Below, piece by piece: positions 39,754 to 50,244 of a DNA stretch of 64,000 nucleotides. The notes under the pieces are model-generated. The model did no database searches, was not told where the DNA came from, and saw only the letters and a list, made by a program, of their open reading frames with translations. The first letter of the stretch is position 1, and every line of letters starts with the position of its first letter. A program made the translations under genes and the position numbers. The DNA is taken from positions 1,024,001-1,088,000 of the forward strand of contig CAVSDR010000003.1 in the NCBI GenBank assembly GCA_963726745.1. Reading direction: 5' to 3'. This DNA is from an uncultured Verrucomicrobiae bacterium (lineage in GTDB: Bacteria > Verrucomicrobiota > Verrucomicrobiia > Chthoniobacterales > UBA10450).

Positions 39754-40146
39754 TCAGCGGCAAACCTCCGTTGCCCGCGGTTGATATTTCTCGTTGATCA
39801 CCTGGCTCTCCCCGCAGAGCGCGAGCTTCCAGATTTCCACGCCGAAAAGACAAAACGCGACCTGGTAATGCGCCGGCAAATGCACCCGCGTCTCGGGGAT
39901 TTCCTTGAGGGCGATGTTCAGGTTGCTGTTGGTGTCCACCCGCATGGTCGGCAATTCCTTCACCGAGATGTTCGAGTTGAAGGTCATCACCGGGACTTCC
40001 TTCACGCGCAGGACGACGTCCGGCACTTCCTTCACGTGGATGTTATCGAGGTCGCTATCGACCTGGATGGTGCTGCCGGGCAGGCCACCGAACTTGACCG
40101 TGTAATCCTTGGGAATGTTTACGCTGCCGCCGCCGCCTTTAGCCAT
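39754..40146 (-). CDS. Hypothetical protein A of four-gene cluster with repeated (V/L)KE(V/L/I)P motifs
   Basis: 130-aa intact ORF; VKEVP, VKEVP, VKELP, LKEIP; C-terminal HLPAHYQVAFCLFGVEIWKLALCGESQVI. Confidence 0.8.
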   Translation of the reverse strand: MAKGGGGSVNIPKDYTVKFGGLPGSTIQVDSDLDNIHVKEVPDVVLRVKEVPVMTFNSNISVKELPTMRVDTNSNLNIALKEIPETRVHLPAHYQVAFCLFGVEIWKLALCGESQVINEKYQPRATEVCR

Positions 40147-40298
40147 GGGAAGGACCTGGGGTTGAAGCCGGCGGACTCGATGGGCTGCGCGTTGCCGCCG
40201 ATGCGGTCCAAGCTACAAATCCGGCGCCCCCGGCGGCAAGCGCATAATTCCAGCGCGCGGGGCGTTGCTTTTACCGCTCGTGCGCTGAAGGTCGCGCG

Positions 40299-41266
40299 AT
40301 GCCGCCGCCCGCCATCCGCCAAGCCTTCGTTCTCGGGGCCGGGCTGGGCCTGCGGCTCCGGCCGCTGACCGCGGATTTGCCGAAGCCGCTGGTGCCGATC
40401 TTCCAGAAGCCGCTGATCTCTTTTGCCTTCGACCATTTGATCGCGGCCGGCGTGGAGCGCTTTTGCGTGAACACGCACCATCAGCCGCAAGGTTTCGACG
40501 AAGCCTTCCCGGACGGGACCTACCGCGGGCGAGCGCTCCGGTTCCGGCACGAGCCGGTGCTGCTCGAGACGGGCGGCGGGATCGCGAATGTCGCGGACCT
40601 GCTGGGCGGCGAGCCGTTCCTGGTCTACAACGCCGACATTCTTTCCGACCTGCCGCTGGCGCCGCTCCTGGAGGAACACGCGCGCGCCGGGAACATGGTC
40701 ACGCTTGCGCTCCGCTCGCACGAAGGTCCGCGGCACGTGGCCTTCGATCGCGCCACCGGACGCGTGCTCGATATTCGCAATCTCGCAGGCACCGGCGCCG
40801 TCGACGAATTTATCTTCAGCGGCATCTACGTAGTGCAGCCGGAGTTTCTGCGCCTGCTCCAGCCCGGTGTGAAGCGGTCGGTCATCCCGACATTCATCGA
40901 AATGCTTCGCGGCGCCGGCCGCCTCGGCGGCGTCCTCCTCGACGAGGGTTCGTGGTGGGATGTGGGCACGCGCGCGGCCTATCTGGAATTGCATCGCGCA
41001 TTGCCCACGCTCGACTTCCCGCGCTACGGCGCGCCGGACGCAAACTGGCGGGCCGCGGTGCATCCCTCGGCGAAATTAGCCAGCGAGATCGAATTGCTGC
41101 GGGAGCACTGTCATCGGCGCGAGACGCAGAGGTCGGCGCCGGGGCGAAATTAGCCGACACCATCGTCTGGGCCGGGGCACAAATCGCTTCCCGCAGCGAC
41201 CTGCGTGGCTGTATCGTCCGCGCCCGCCAAACCGCCCAAGGAACCCTGCGTGACACCGACATCTAG
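40299..41266 (+). CDS. Sugar-phosphate nucleotidyltransferase (MurU/mannose-1-P guanylyltransferase-like); frameshift near 41100-41125
   Basis: AFVLGAGLGLRLRPLTADLPKPLVP, LLETGGGI, VYNADI, WWDVGT; short hexapeptide C-terminus in the next frame. Confidence 0.88.
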
Positions 41267-42242
41267 CAGCCAAAAAACCGACCAGCTCCTGCGGCAAACG
41301 CGGCGGCATTTCCCGCTCATGGAGGCGGCCGAGGTGGAGATAACCCCGATCGAGAAAGGCGGGAGCGACCGGCGTTTTTATCGCGTGCGCACTGGCGGGG
41401 AGCAGTCGCTCATCCTGGTGAAATACCACCTCGAGCGCGGCGAGAACCGGCACTATGTGCAGATCGCGGAGTTTCTCGGGGCGCACGGAATTCGCGCGCC
41501 GAAAATCTATTTCCACGATGCCGCGGAAGGCTTGATCTGGATCGAGGATCTCGGTGCGAACGATCTCTGGACCTACCGCGGCGAGCCCTGGCCGGTGCGC
41601 CGGCAGCTCTACCAATCCGCCCTTGGCGAAGTCGCGAAATTGCATCGCCTTCCATTGACCGCAGCCGACCAATTGCGCCCGGATTTCCCGCAGGAATTCG
41701 ACGCCGCGCTTTACCACTGGGAGCAGCAATATTTCTTTGAGCATTGCCTGGGCCGGCGCTTCGGGCTGGACGAAACGGAGCGCGCGGAACTGGCCGCCTT
41801 GCCCGCGCTGGCCGCCATCGCCGAGCGGCTCGCGGCGCTTCCGCGCGTGCTGGTGCATCGCGATTTCCAATCGCAAAACCTCATCATCCGCGACGGCGAC
41901 GCCTGTTTGATCGACTTCCAAGGGATGCGTCCCGGCCTGGCGGAGTACGACCTGGCCTCGCTGCTCTACGATCCTTACGTCTCGTTAGGCGCGGAGGAGC
42001 GGGACGAGCTCTTCCGTTATTCCGGCACGCTGCATCCGGCCGACGAGGAAATCTTCCAGCTCTGCGCGATGCAGCGCTTGATGCAGGCGCTCGGCGCGTA
42101 TGGGAATCTGGGCCTGGTCAAGGGCAACCCCGCCTTTCTCGAGCACATCCCGCCGGCCCTGCGTTCGCTGCGGGCGGTCGTCGGCGAAATTGACGGCCTC
42201 GAGCCACTGCGGCTTGTGCTGGACGCTCTTCCCACCGAATAG
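41250..42242 (+). CDS. Aminoglycoside-phosphotransferase-fold kinase (AmgK-like)
   Basis: GGSDRRFYRV, IEDLG, LVHRDFQSQN, IDFQGMRPG, YDLASLLYDPY, QRLMQALGAYG. Confidence 0.88.
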   Translation: MTPTSSSQKTDQLLRQTRRHFPLMEAAEVEITPIEKGGSDRRFYRVRTGGEQSLILVKYHLERGENRHYVQIAEFLGAHGIRAPKIYFHDAAEGLIWIEDLGANDLWTYRGEPWPVRRQLYQSALGEVAKLHRLPLTAADQLRPDFPQEFDAALYHWEQQYFFEHCLGRRFGLDETERAELAALPALAAIAERLAALPRVLVHRDFQSQNLIIRDGDACLIDFQGMRPGLAEYDLASLLYDPYVSLGAEERDELFRYSGTLHPADEEIFQLCAMQRLMQALGAYGNLGLVKGNPAFLEHIPPALRSLRAVVGEIDGLEPLRLVLDALPTE

Positions 42243-42288
42243 CCAGCGCTTTCTTCCGTCTGATCTCAGCGGACGGACAATCCCACAC

Positions 42289-42702
42289 ATGAAAAACCTG
42301 ACCCTTACGCTTTCGCTCACCCTGCTCGCTCTGGCTGGCGCCACGCCGCACGCCGCGGCTCAACGTTTCGACCGCCGGAGCGAAATCCCGGCGATCATTA
42401 ACGCCGGCCGCGAAGACCGGCAGGAACGCGGGGGCGATTGGCAGCGCCGCGCTCGTTTCGAGATTGTGCAACTCCAACGCGAAGTGCGGCAGGTCCGCCT
42501 TGAGATTGGCGATTCGCGCAATCGCAACCTCCGTGAGCGTTTCGGCCGGATCGTGCGCTCGGCCGATTATCTCGAAGCCGCCTACGAACGCGGACGCGTG
42601 CGCGGCTGGGAAGTGCGCCAACGTGCGGAAGCGCTCCGCAGCGAGCTCGACGGCATCCGCCGTGACTTGCGCGAACGCGGCCGCGGCCGGCGCGGACGTT
42701 AA
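42289..42702 (+). CDS. Small secreted Arg-rich helical hypothetical protein
   Basis: Signal peptide MKNLTLTLSLTLLALAGATPHAAA followed by charged helices. Confidence 0.7.
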   Translation: MKNLTLTLSLTLLALAGATPHAAAQRFDRRSEIPAIINAGREDRQERGGDWQRRARFEIVQLQREVRQVRLEIGDSRNRNLRERFGRIVRSADYLEAAYERGRVRGWEVRQRAEALRSELDGIRRDLRERGRGRRGR

Positions 42703-43313
42703 CGCACAAAGGGATTGCTCGCGCGCTCCCGGCCGATGGTGGTCGGTGGGCCGTGGCCGGCGAGGACGGTAAGGTCGTCGCCTAACGGGTAGAGCTTCGT
42801 GCGGATCCCGCGAAAGAGGAGATCGCCATCGCCGCCCGGCAGATCCCAGCGCCCCACGCCGCCGGCGAAAAGGACGTCGCCGCCGACGACTAATTGGTCT
42901 TCCCGCGAGACGAAGCAAAGGCTGCCGGGCGAATGGCCGGGCACTTCAAGCACTTCGAATGGCTTGTCGAGGAACTCGCGGCTCGACGTTTCTTCAATGA
43001 GGAAGTCGGGCTCAGCTGGCTCAATCTCCAAGGCAAAGCCGAATTTGCGGAAGAATTCCGGATCGGAAATCATCGGCGCGCAGTCCGCATGGCAGCCGAT
43101 CGGGCAACCAAAGCGCTGTTTAATTTTCGCCACGTCGGGCACGTGATCGAAGTGGCCGTGGGTCAGGAGCAGGAGCTTCGGGGCAAAGCCCTGCGCCTCC
43201 AGCCAGGCGCAGGCGCCGTCGGGCGCGTCGAAGAGGATGTCGCCCTCGGGCGCATGCAGGAGGTAGCAATTGGTCTCAAAGACTCCGCCGCAAAAGGTCT
43301 CGTAGTTGCTCAT
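42699..43313 (-). CDS. MBL-fold metallo-hydrolase (glyoxalase II/YcbL-like)
   Basis: TNCYLL, THGHFDH, PGHSPG, GDVLFAGGVGRWDLPGG, GHGPPTTIGRE. Confidence 0.93.
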   Translation of the reverse strand: MSNYETFCGGVFETNCYLLHAPEGDILFDAPDGACAWLEAQGFAPKLLLLTHGHFDHVPDVAKIKQRFGCPIGCHADCAPMISDPEFFRKFGFALEIEPAEPDFLIEETSSREFLDKPFEVLEVPGHSPGSLCFVSREDQLVVGGDVLFAGGVGRWDLPGGDGDLLFRGIRTKLYPLGDDLTVLAGHGPPTTIGRERASNPFVR

Positions 43314-43468
43314 AAGTGGAGTTTCCCGTGCGGATCAGTTTTTCAGCAAAATGTTTTGAATCTTCCCAAGGGTCGGGTGTCTCAAGTGCTACACCCTTGG
43401 CGCCCGGCGCCATATGTTGCGCAGAATATTGAACTCTGCGACCATACGAACTCCGCATCTCTTACAGA

Positions 43469-45654
43469 ATGAAGCTCCCACTCCGTCGGTCGCTCGCTTT
43501 CGCCGCCCTCCTGCTCCCGCTGGTGGCCATCCCATCGCTCCAGGCGAGGTCCGATCTCGAGCAGGTCGAGGTTTCCGTCGGTCGTCTCCTCGAGGAAGGA
43601 CATTACACCCATCAACCGCTAAACGATGAGGTCTCGAAGAAATTCCTCAAGACTTACCTGGAGCTGCTCGATTTCAGCCACCTCTTTTTTACCCAGCAAG
43701 ATGTCGATGCGTTGACCGCGAAATACGGCACCTCGCTCGATGACGATATTCTCCTGGGAAACCTCAAGCCGGCCTACGAAATCTACGAGCTTTACCAGAA
43801 GCGCGTGGATGACCGCGTGGCCTGGGTGAAGGAGTCGCTCAAGAATCCGCCGAAGGAATTCAAGGGCGACGCAACGATTGAACTGAGCCGGCAAAAAGCG
43901 CCCTGGCCGAAAGATGCGGCGCCGACGCCGACGGGATTTGGACTGCGCGGATCAATAATGAGCTTCTCCAGGAGAAACTGAGCGAGCATCCGATCGAGCC
44001 CGGCCCGCAGTTGATCGCCCGCCGTTACGAGCGCCTCCAGCGCAACGTCCACGAGGAAGACCAACCGGAGCAGGTGAAGCTCTTCCTGGCGGCGCTCGCG
44101 CAAACCTACGACCCGCACTCGGAATACCTGAGCAAGGCCGACCTGAAGAACTTCAGCATTAACATGGGCCTCTCGCTGGTCGGCATCGGCGCGATGCTCC
44201 GCACGGAAGACGGCTACGCCAAGATCGAGAGCCTCGTTCCCGGCGGCCCGGCGCAGCGTCATGGTGGGATAAAAGTAGGCGACCGGATCACCGCAGTGGC
44301 GCAAGGCCCGGCGGACTTCGCCGATGTGCGTGACATGCGGCTGGACAAGGTCGTGGAAATGATTCGCGGCAAGAAAGGCACAAAAGTGCGCCTGCTCCTC
44401 ATTCCCTCGGATGCGGCCGATCCTTCGAAGCGCAAAACGATCGAGCTGGTGCGCGACGAAATTAAGCTGAAAGACCAGGAAGCGCGCGCGGACATCATCA
44501 TCAAGAAAGACCGCAACGGCGATCCGGTGAAGCTCGGCTGGATTACGCTCCCGTCGTTCTACGCCGACATGGAGCGCCACCAGAAGAGCACCACCAAGGA
44601 CGTGCTCGCGCTTTTGAATCGCCTCAAGAAAGAGAAGATCGGCGGCCTCGTGATCGATCTCCGGCGCAATGGCGGCGGCTCGCTCGAGGAAGCGATTTCG
44701 CTTACCGGCTTGTTCCTGAAGTCCGGCCCGATCGTCCAGACGAAAGGCTCCAACGGGAACATCGTCGTCTCGAGTGATCCCGATCCGGGCGTGGCCTACA
44801 CGGGTCCGTTGGTTGTCCTGACCAGCCGGCAAAGTGCCAGCGCGAGCGAAATTTTCGCCGCGGCGCTGCAGGATTACGGCCGCGCGCTCATCGTGGGCGA
44901 CAAGAACACCTTCGGCAAAGGGACCGTCCAGACCATCCTTGAGATCGGCCGTTTCACTTCGCTTTTAGGCAGCGCCTCGAAGGAAGACGGCGCGCTCAAG
45001 CTCACCATCCAAAAGTTCTACCGCGTCGCCGGCGGCTCCACGCAGCTCAACGGCGTCGCTTCCGATATCGTCCTGCCGTCGCTCACCGACCTCCCGGAGT
45101 TCGGCGAAGGCTCACTCAAAAACGCGCTCCCGTATGATGAAGTGCCGAAGGCGCGCTTCTCCATGTGGTCCGAGCCGCCGACAGTTTACCTCGATGAACT
45201 TAAGCGCCGCTCGAACGGTCGCATCCAGGAGAACCCGGAGTTTCATTACGTCATGGAAGACATGGAGCGGTTGCGGAAGAAGATCGATGAGAACCGCATC
45301 TCCTTGAACGAGGACCTTCGCCGCTCCGAGCTGAACGAAGACAAGGAGCGCAAGGAAGCGCGCTCAAAAGATCGTCTGGCGCGCGCGAACGATGACACCA
45401 AGACCTACCGGATCACGCTCGATAACGTCGACAAGCCGAACCTGCAGCTCGTGACCTTGCCGGCAAAAACCGCCGATGCCAAGAAGAGCACAACTGCCCC
45501 GGAAGTCGCAGACGACCCGGATAGCGAGCTCACTGGCAGCGACGGCAAAGACCCCGCGCTCGATCCGACGCGCGACGAGGCTTTGAACATCGTAGCCGAC
45601 ATCGTCGATCTCAGCGCCGGTCCGAAAACTGCGAGCGTGGCCCCGGCAAAGTAA
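43469..45654 (+). CDS. prc: Tail-specific (carboxy-terminal processing) protease, S41A; frameshift near 43920-43950
   Basis: YDPHSEYL, GIGAML PDZ, DLRRNGGGSL, SASASEIFAAALQDY, TFGKGTVQ, KFYRVAGGSTQ. Confidence 0.92.
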
Positions 45655-45708
45655 CTTTTGCTCGAGCAAGCTTCCCAAGCTCGCGGGATGTTGTTTAACT
45701 ACCGCGGC

Positions 45709-48537
45709 ATGAGGTGTCTGGTTCTACGCGGGGTGCAAGTGGCGCTGGCCCTGTTGCTTGTCGCGACTGCTCACGCGCAGCAGCCCGCGCCGCCGGAGGG
45801 TGGCGGGCTCCCGGAACTCTACGCCCAGGGCATGGCCGCGTTCCAAAACGGCGACTTTGCCGGCGCCGCGGGCCAACTCGAGGCGCTCATCGGCAAGGCG
45901 GAATTTTCCCCGCAACTGGAGCCGGTTTTTTTCACCATCGGCTCGGCCTGGTTCAACGCCGGAAACTACCCGAAGGCCATCGCCGCCTTCAACACCTACC
46001 GGCAAAAATTCCCCGCCGGCCCGCATAACGGCGACGCCATTTACGGGCTCGCGCAGGCCAATTTGCTGTCTAAAAACTTCGCCGAAGCCGCGCAGCTCTT
46101 CGCCGCCCTCGAAAGCGACCCAAAACTTCGCGAGCAAGCCCTCCTCGCCCAGGCGACCGCGCTCAAGGAAACCGGGAAAGTCGACCAGGCGATCGCCGCC
46201 CTCGAGAAACTAACCGCAGGTGAAATTCGCACCGCGCAGGGCGCGCGCGGCCTCATGCTCCTGGCCCAGACTTATGCGCAAAAAGGCGCGGCCGATAAGG
46301 CAGTCAAAACCCTCACCCGCCTGCATGCACAAGTGCGGCTGGTGGATAATTTGATTGAGCTCAACGGCATGACCATCGAGCTCGGCGACCAGCTCTTTAA
46401 GAAGAAAGAGTTCGTCGACGCGCTCGCGGCTTACCGCTCCGCTTACCCGCGCGAGCAGGTAATAAAAATGCAGCAGGAACGGATCGCCGCGATGACCCAG
46501 GCGATCGAGGATAACCGCAACGCCGCGCGCGCCGATCCCACGCAGGTCGCAAACCTGGGCACCGTGATCAACCAACTGAAGGCCGATATCACCCGCGCCC
46601 AGGAGTTACTCGCGGCCTTCGAGAAATTACCCGACATCACGCCAGCCATCTATATCCGGATGGCAAGTTCCTTCTACGAGACAGACAAGAAGTGGGAAGC
46701 TATCGTGGTCTACCAGGAATTGCTCGACCGCTACCCAAAGGCGCCGGAACGCGAAACCGCGCTTTTCGGCATCATCGTTTCCCTGGCCGAAGTGAACCAA
46801 GGCGAACGTGCGGTCGCGCGTTGCGAGGAATATCTGCGCGATTTCAAGACCGGACCGAACGCGGAAACGGTCGGCTATTTACTCGGTGCGGTCGCCCTGC
46901 AGGCAAACGATCCGCAAAAGGCCGAGACTTACTTCGGGCGTATGCTCGAGACGCAACCAAAAAGCAATTTCCGCGAGCAAATGCGCTACTTGTTAGGTAA
47001 CGCCAAGTTTATGGCCGGGAAGCACGAGGAAGCGATTGCGGAATATCAGAAGTATCTTAAGGAATACCCCAAAGGCCAGAACGTCGAAGACGTCACCTAC
47101 CGCATGGCCTTGACCTCGGTTTTCGCGGGGAAATACGAAGAGGGCATCCAGAAGCTTAACGATTACCTCAAGCAGTATCCGCAAGGCATTTTCGTGAGCG
47201 ACGCACGCTACCGTCTTGCTGTCTGTTACTACGCCGCCTCGCAATACGATCAGGTGATCAACGACTGCAAAGCCTGGGAGCGCGACTTCGAAAAGAACCA
47301 GCAACTTGGCGAAGTGCTCGCGCTCCTGGCCGACTCCTATGCCGCCACGGGCCGCGACCAGCTGGCGATCGACGAATACATTCGCTCCTACAAAAGCGCC
47401 ACCACCGACGAGGTGATGAACTACTCGCTTTTCGCCGCGAGCAAGCTCCTGCAAAAGCAGGGCGAGTGGAACCGGGTGAGCGACCTTTTCGCAGAGTTCA
47501 TCAAGGAGCGCCCGGATCATCCCACCGTGATCACCGCGCTTTACTGGATCGGAAAAGCCAAGGCGCGTGAGGGCCAGGTGGACGAAGCCAAGAAGATCAC
47601 CGCCGACACGATCAAGAAATACATCGGCAATCCGCAGCGCGAAGCAGTGGAGCTTCTCCTCACGCAACTGGCGCAGCTCTCGGTAAAGAAGAAGCCGGCG
47701 GTGGCGGAAGGCGAGACTACACCCGCGCCACCAGCGGTCGATCCCGGCGCGGAGCTCGAACAATTACTGGGCGACAGCGCGGGCGACACCTCGCCCACGA
47801 CCAAGGCGCGCATCCTTTTTGCCAAAGCCGAGTTGGCCCGTCTCCGCCGACAGCCTGCGGAGGAAGAGAAGAACATCGCCTTGATCGCGACGACCGCGAA
47901 GCCGGAAGAGTTAAGTCCGATACTCCTGGGACGCGCGGGAGATTATCTCGTCGGCAAAGGCAAACTCGACGAAGCCAAGCCATTCTTCGATCGGCTGATG
48001 GAGGAATACCCTAAAAGCGAGAACATCGACTTTGCCTACAATGGGCTGGGTGAAATCGCACTGCTGAAGAAGGATTACCCGAAAGCTTTGCGCTACTTTA
48101 CCGACGGAAGCGAAAAAGTGGTCGCGATCCAGAAGATGAAGGATCTAACCATCGGCAAAGCCAAGACGCTTCTGGCGATGGACCGGCTGGTGGAGGCGAA
48201 GAAAGTCTTCGAACAAATCGCTTCCGTGCGCGACTGGCGCGGCGAGGCCACGGCTTTCAGCGTTTACTCGTTAGGGGACATCGAAGCGCGCCAAGGTCAC
48301 TGGGCGGAGGCGAATGCTTACTTCCAGCGGGTTTTTGTCGGTTACCGGAAATACCTTCCCTGGGTCGCGAAAGCTTATCTAAGGAGCGCGGAGAGTTTCG
48401 AGAAACTGGGCAAGCCGCAGGAAGCAGCCAATACCTACCGCGAGCTGGTCCGTTTGTCGGAAGACAAGAAGGAGCTGCAAGGCTTTGCCGAGACTTTGGA
48501 AGCGCGGAAGAAACTGGAGGCCATGGGACAAGGATGA
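45709..48537 (+). CDS. Large secreted tetratricopeptide-repeat protein
   Basis: Signal peptide; many TPR pairs ending in YP/FP (e.g. YQKYLKEYPKG, FDRLMEEYPKS); C-terminal AYFQRVFVGY...WVAKAYL. Confidence 0.88.
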   Translation: MRCLVLRGVQVALALLLVATAHAQQPAPPEGGGLPELYAQGMAAFQNGDFAGAAGQLEALIGKAEFSPQLEPVFFTIGSAWFNAGNYPKAIAAFNTYRQKFPAGPHNGDAIYGLAQANLLSKNFAEAAQLFAALESDPKLREQALLAQATALKETGKVDQAIAALEKLTAGEIRTAQGARGLMLLAQTYAQKGAADKAVKTLTRLHAQVRLVDNLIELNGMTIELGDQLFKKKEFVDALAAYRSAYPREQVIKMQQERIAAMTQAIEDNRNAARADPTQVANLGTVINQLKADITRAQELLAAFEKLPDITPAIYIRMASSFYETDKKWEAIVVYQELLDRYPKAPERETALFGIIVSLAEVNQGERAVARCEEYLRDFKTGPNAETVGYLLGAVALQANDPQKAETYFGRMLETQPKSNFREQMRYLLGNAKFMAGKHEEAIAEYQKYLKEYPKGQNVEDVTYRMALTSVFAGKYEEGIQKLNDYLKQYPQGIFVSDARYRLAVCYYAASQYDQVINDCKAWERDFEKNQQLGEVLALLADSYAATGRDQLAIDEYIRSYKSATTDEVMNYSLFAASKLLQKQGEWNRVSDLFAEFIKERPDHPTVITALYWIGKAKAREGQVDEAKKITADTIKKYIGNPQREAVELLLTQLAQLSVKKKPAVAEGETTPAPPAVDPGAELEQLLGDSAGDTSPTTKARILFAKAELARLRRQPAEEEKNIALIATTAKPEELSPILLGRAGDYLVGKGKLDEAKPFFDRLMEEYPKSENIDFAYNGLGEIALLKKDYPKALRYFTDGSEKVVAIQKMKDLTIGKAKTLLAMDRLVEAKKVFEQIASVRDWRGEATAFSVYSLGDIEARQGHWAEANAYFQRVFVGYRKYLPWVAKAYLRSAESFEKLGKPQEAANTYRELVRLSEDKKELQGFAETLEARKKLEAMGQG

Positions 48538-49343
48538 AGCGCGCTGCTTATTGTCTCCTGCTCCTTGGCCTAGCCGGAAGCGCACACGCGCAGACGATTT
48601 TGCTGAAGAACGGCCAGCGGATCGAAACCAAAGGGGTGCGGCGTGCGGGCGACTTGATCATGGGGAAGATCGAGGTCGCCGGTCGCGCGGGTGAAGTCGG
48701 CCAGCCGCTGAATGCGATCGCCAAGATCGAGTTTCCGGAGCCGAACGGGCTCACGGCCGCGGGTGAGTTCCTGGTGCAGGGACAGCCGGAGAAAGCGCTC
48801 GCGGAGGTCAATCCCGTGGTCGCCTTTTACGAACCTTTCCGCGACGTGCCCGGGAGTTGGTGGGCGCCGGCGGCGGTGATCAAAGTGTCGGCTCTGGCCG
48901 CGCTCGGCCGCGAAGGCGAAGCGGAAACGCTGGCGCAGCAGATCCAGAAAAGCTCGACCGACCCCGAGACCGCGCGCGCGGCCAGCCTGCGTATTGCCAA
49001 TTCCTTTGTGCGCAAACAGGAGTTCGAGAAAGCGCTGGCTATTTGCGAGACCGCGATCAAGGAAAGCGCGCGCGACGAGGTGCTGGCCGATGCCTGGGTG
49101 ACCAAGGGACAGATCCTGCTCGCGCAGCGCAACTGGGACGGCGCGCTCCTCGCCTTTCTCCACGTCCCCGTCTTTTACCAGGAGGAGAAACTCCTCATGC
49201 CGGCGGCCTTGCTCGGCAGCGCGCGGGCTTATCGGCGTCTCGACGACATCGACAGGGCCAAGAAATCGCTGCAAGATTTAATCAGCACCTTCCCAAAGTC
49301 GGCGGAAGCCGCCACCGCCAAGACCGAACTGGAAAAACTTTAG
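48534..49343 (+). CDS. Secreted TPR protein
   Basis: Signal peptide; TILLKNGQRIE beta-start; ALLAFLHVPVFY, LISTFPKSAEA; ATGA overlap. Confidence 0.85.
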   Translation: MKRAAYCLLLLGLAGSAHAQTILLKNGQRIETKGVRRAGDLIMGKIEVAGRAGEVGQPLNAIAKIEFPEPNGLTAAGEFLVQGQPEKALAEVNPVVAFYEPFRDVPGSWWAPAAVIKVSALAALGREGEAETLAQQIQKSSTDPETARAASLRIANSFVRKQEFEKALAICETAIKESARDEVLADAWVTKGQILLAQRNWDGALLAFLHVPVFYQEEKLLMPAALLGSARAYRRLDDIDRAKKSLQDLISTFPKSAEAATAKTELEKL

Positions 49344-49365
49344 CCGACACCAACGCCACCGCCTT

Positions 49366-50226
49366 ATGACCAGAAAATCCTTATCCATCGCTGCGCTCGT
49401 CCTGTTGACTCCGTTTCTTGCGGTCCCGGCGACTTACGCGCAAGCCGCCTCACCGGCCGCGTCGCCCGCCGAAACGATTCACTCCAAGACCCTCTGGGAG
49501 CAGATCAAGGAAGGCGGCTGGGTCATGTTCCCCATCGGCCTTTGTTCAGTAGCCACGCTTTACTTGATCGGAGACGGCTTCCTGCGCACCTCCCGCAAGC
49601 GCGTTTCGCCGGAAGCGCACGAGCAAAGCGTGAAGTCGCTTTTCCGCCAAGGCGACTACGTGGGTGCCTTTAATTTCTGCAAAGAAAATCCCTCTCCGCT
49701 GACCAACGTCCTCCGCGTGGGCGTCGGCTTGCTCGGCGAAGGCAAGCAGGTGGCCGAGGAAGGCATGATGGGTGAGCTGGCGAAGGAGAATTCCCGCATG
49801 CAGACCTACATTAGCTACCTTTCCGTTATCGGTGTGACGACGCCGATGATCGGTCTCTTGGGCACGGTCACGGGCATGATCAAAGCGTTCGCTAAACTAG
49901 GATCGTCCGGCATTGGCGATCCCTCGGGTCTGTCTGCGGCTATCGGCGAGGTGCTGGTGGCGACGGCCTCCGGCCTGGTGATCGCGATCCCGGCCTTCGG
50001 CGCGTTCTACTTCCTGCGCAACCGCGCGGCCGCTTCGCTGCACCACATCCAGGACGTGATCAATAGCGCCTTCCGCAAGATGCCTTACGAGTCGCTCGCC
50101 GGGGTTCACTTGGGCGACGAAGAACTTTACGCGGCGATCCCGAACTGGCTGGTGCAACCCGCCGAGGGCGGCGGAACCACCGGCCGCATTCCCACTGGGA
50201 CAACGCAGCAGATTGCCGGCGCCTAG
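49366..50226 (+). CDS. MotA/TolQ/ExbB proton channel protein
   Basis: GGWVMFPIGLCS; PMIGLLGTVTGMIKAF; IGEVLVATASGLVIAIP. Confidence 0.93.
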   Translation: MTRKSLSIAALVLLTPFLAVPATYAQAASPAASPAETIHSKTLWEQIKEGGWVMFPIGLCSVATLYLIGDGFLRTSRKRVSPEAHEQSVKSLFRQGDYVGAFNFCKENPSPLTNVLRVGVGLLGEGKQVAEEGMMGELAKENSRMQTYISYLSVIGVTTPMIGLLGTVTGMIKAFAKLGSSGIGDPSGLSAAIGEVLVATASGLVIAIPAFGAFYFLRNRAAASLHHIQDVINSAFRKMPYESLAGVHLGDEELYAAIPNWLVQPAEGGGTTGRIPTGTTQQIAGA

Positions 50227-50244
50227 CCGGACGGGAAGCAATCC

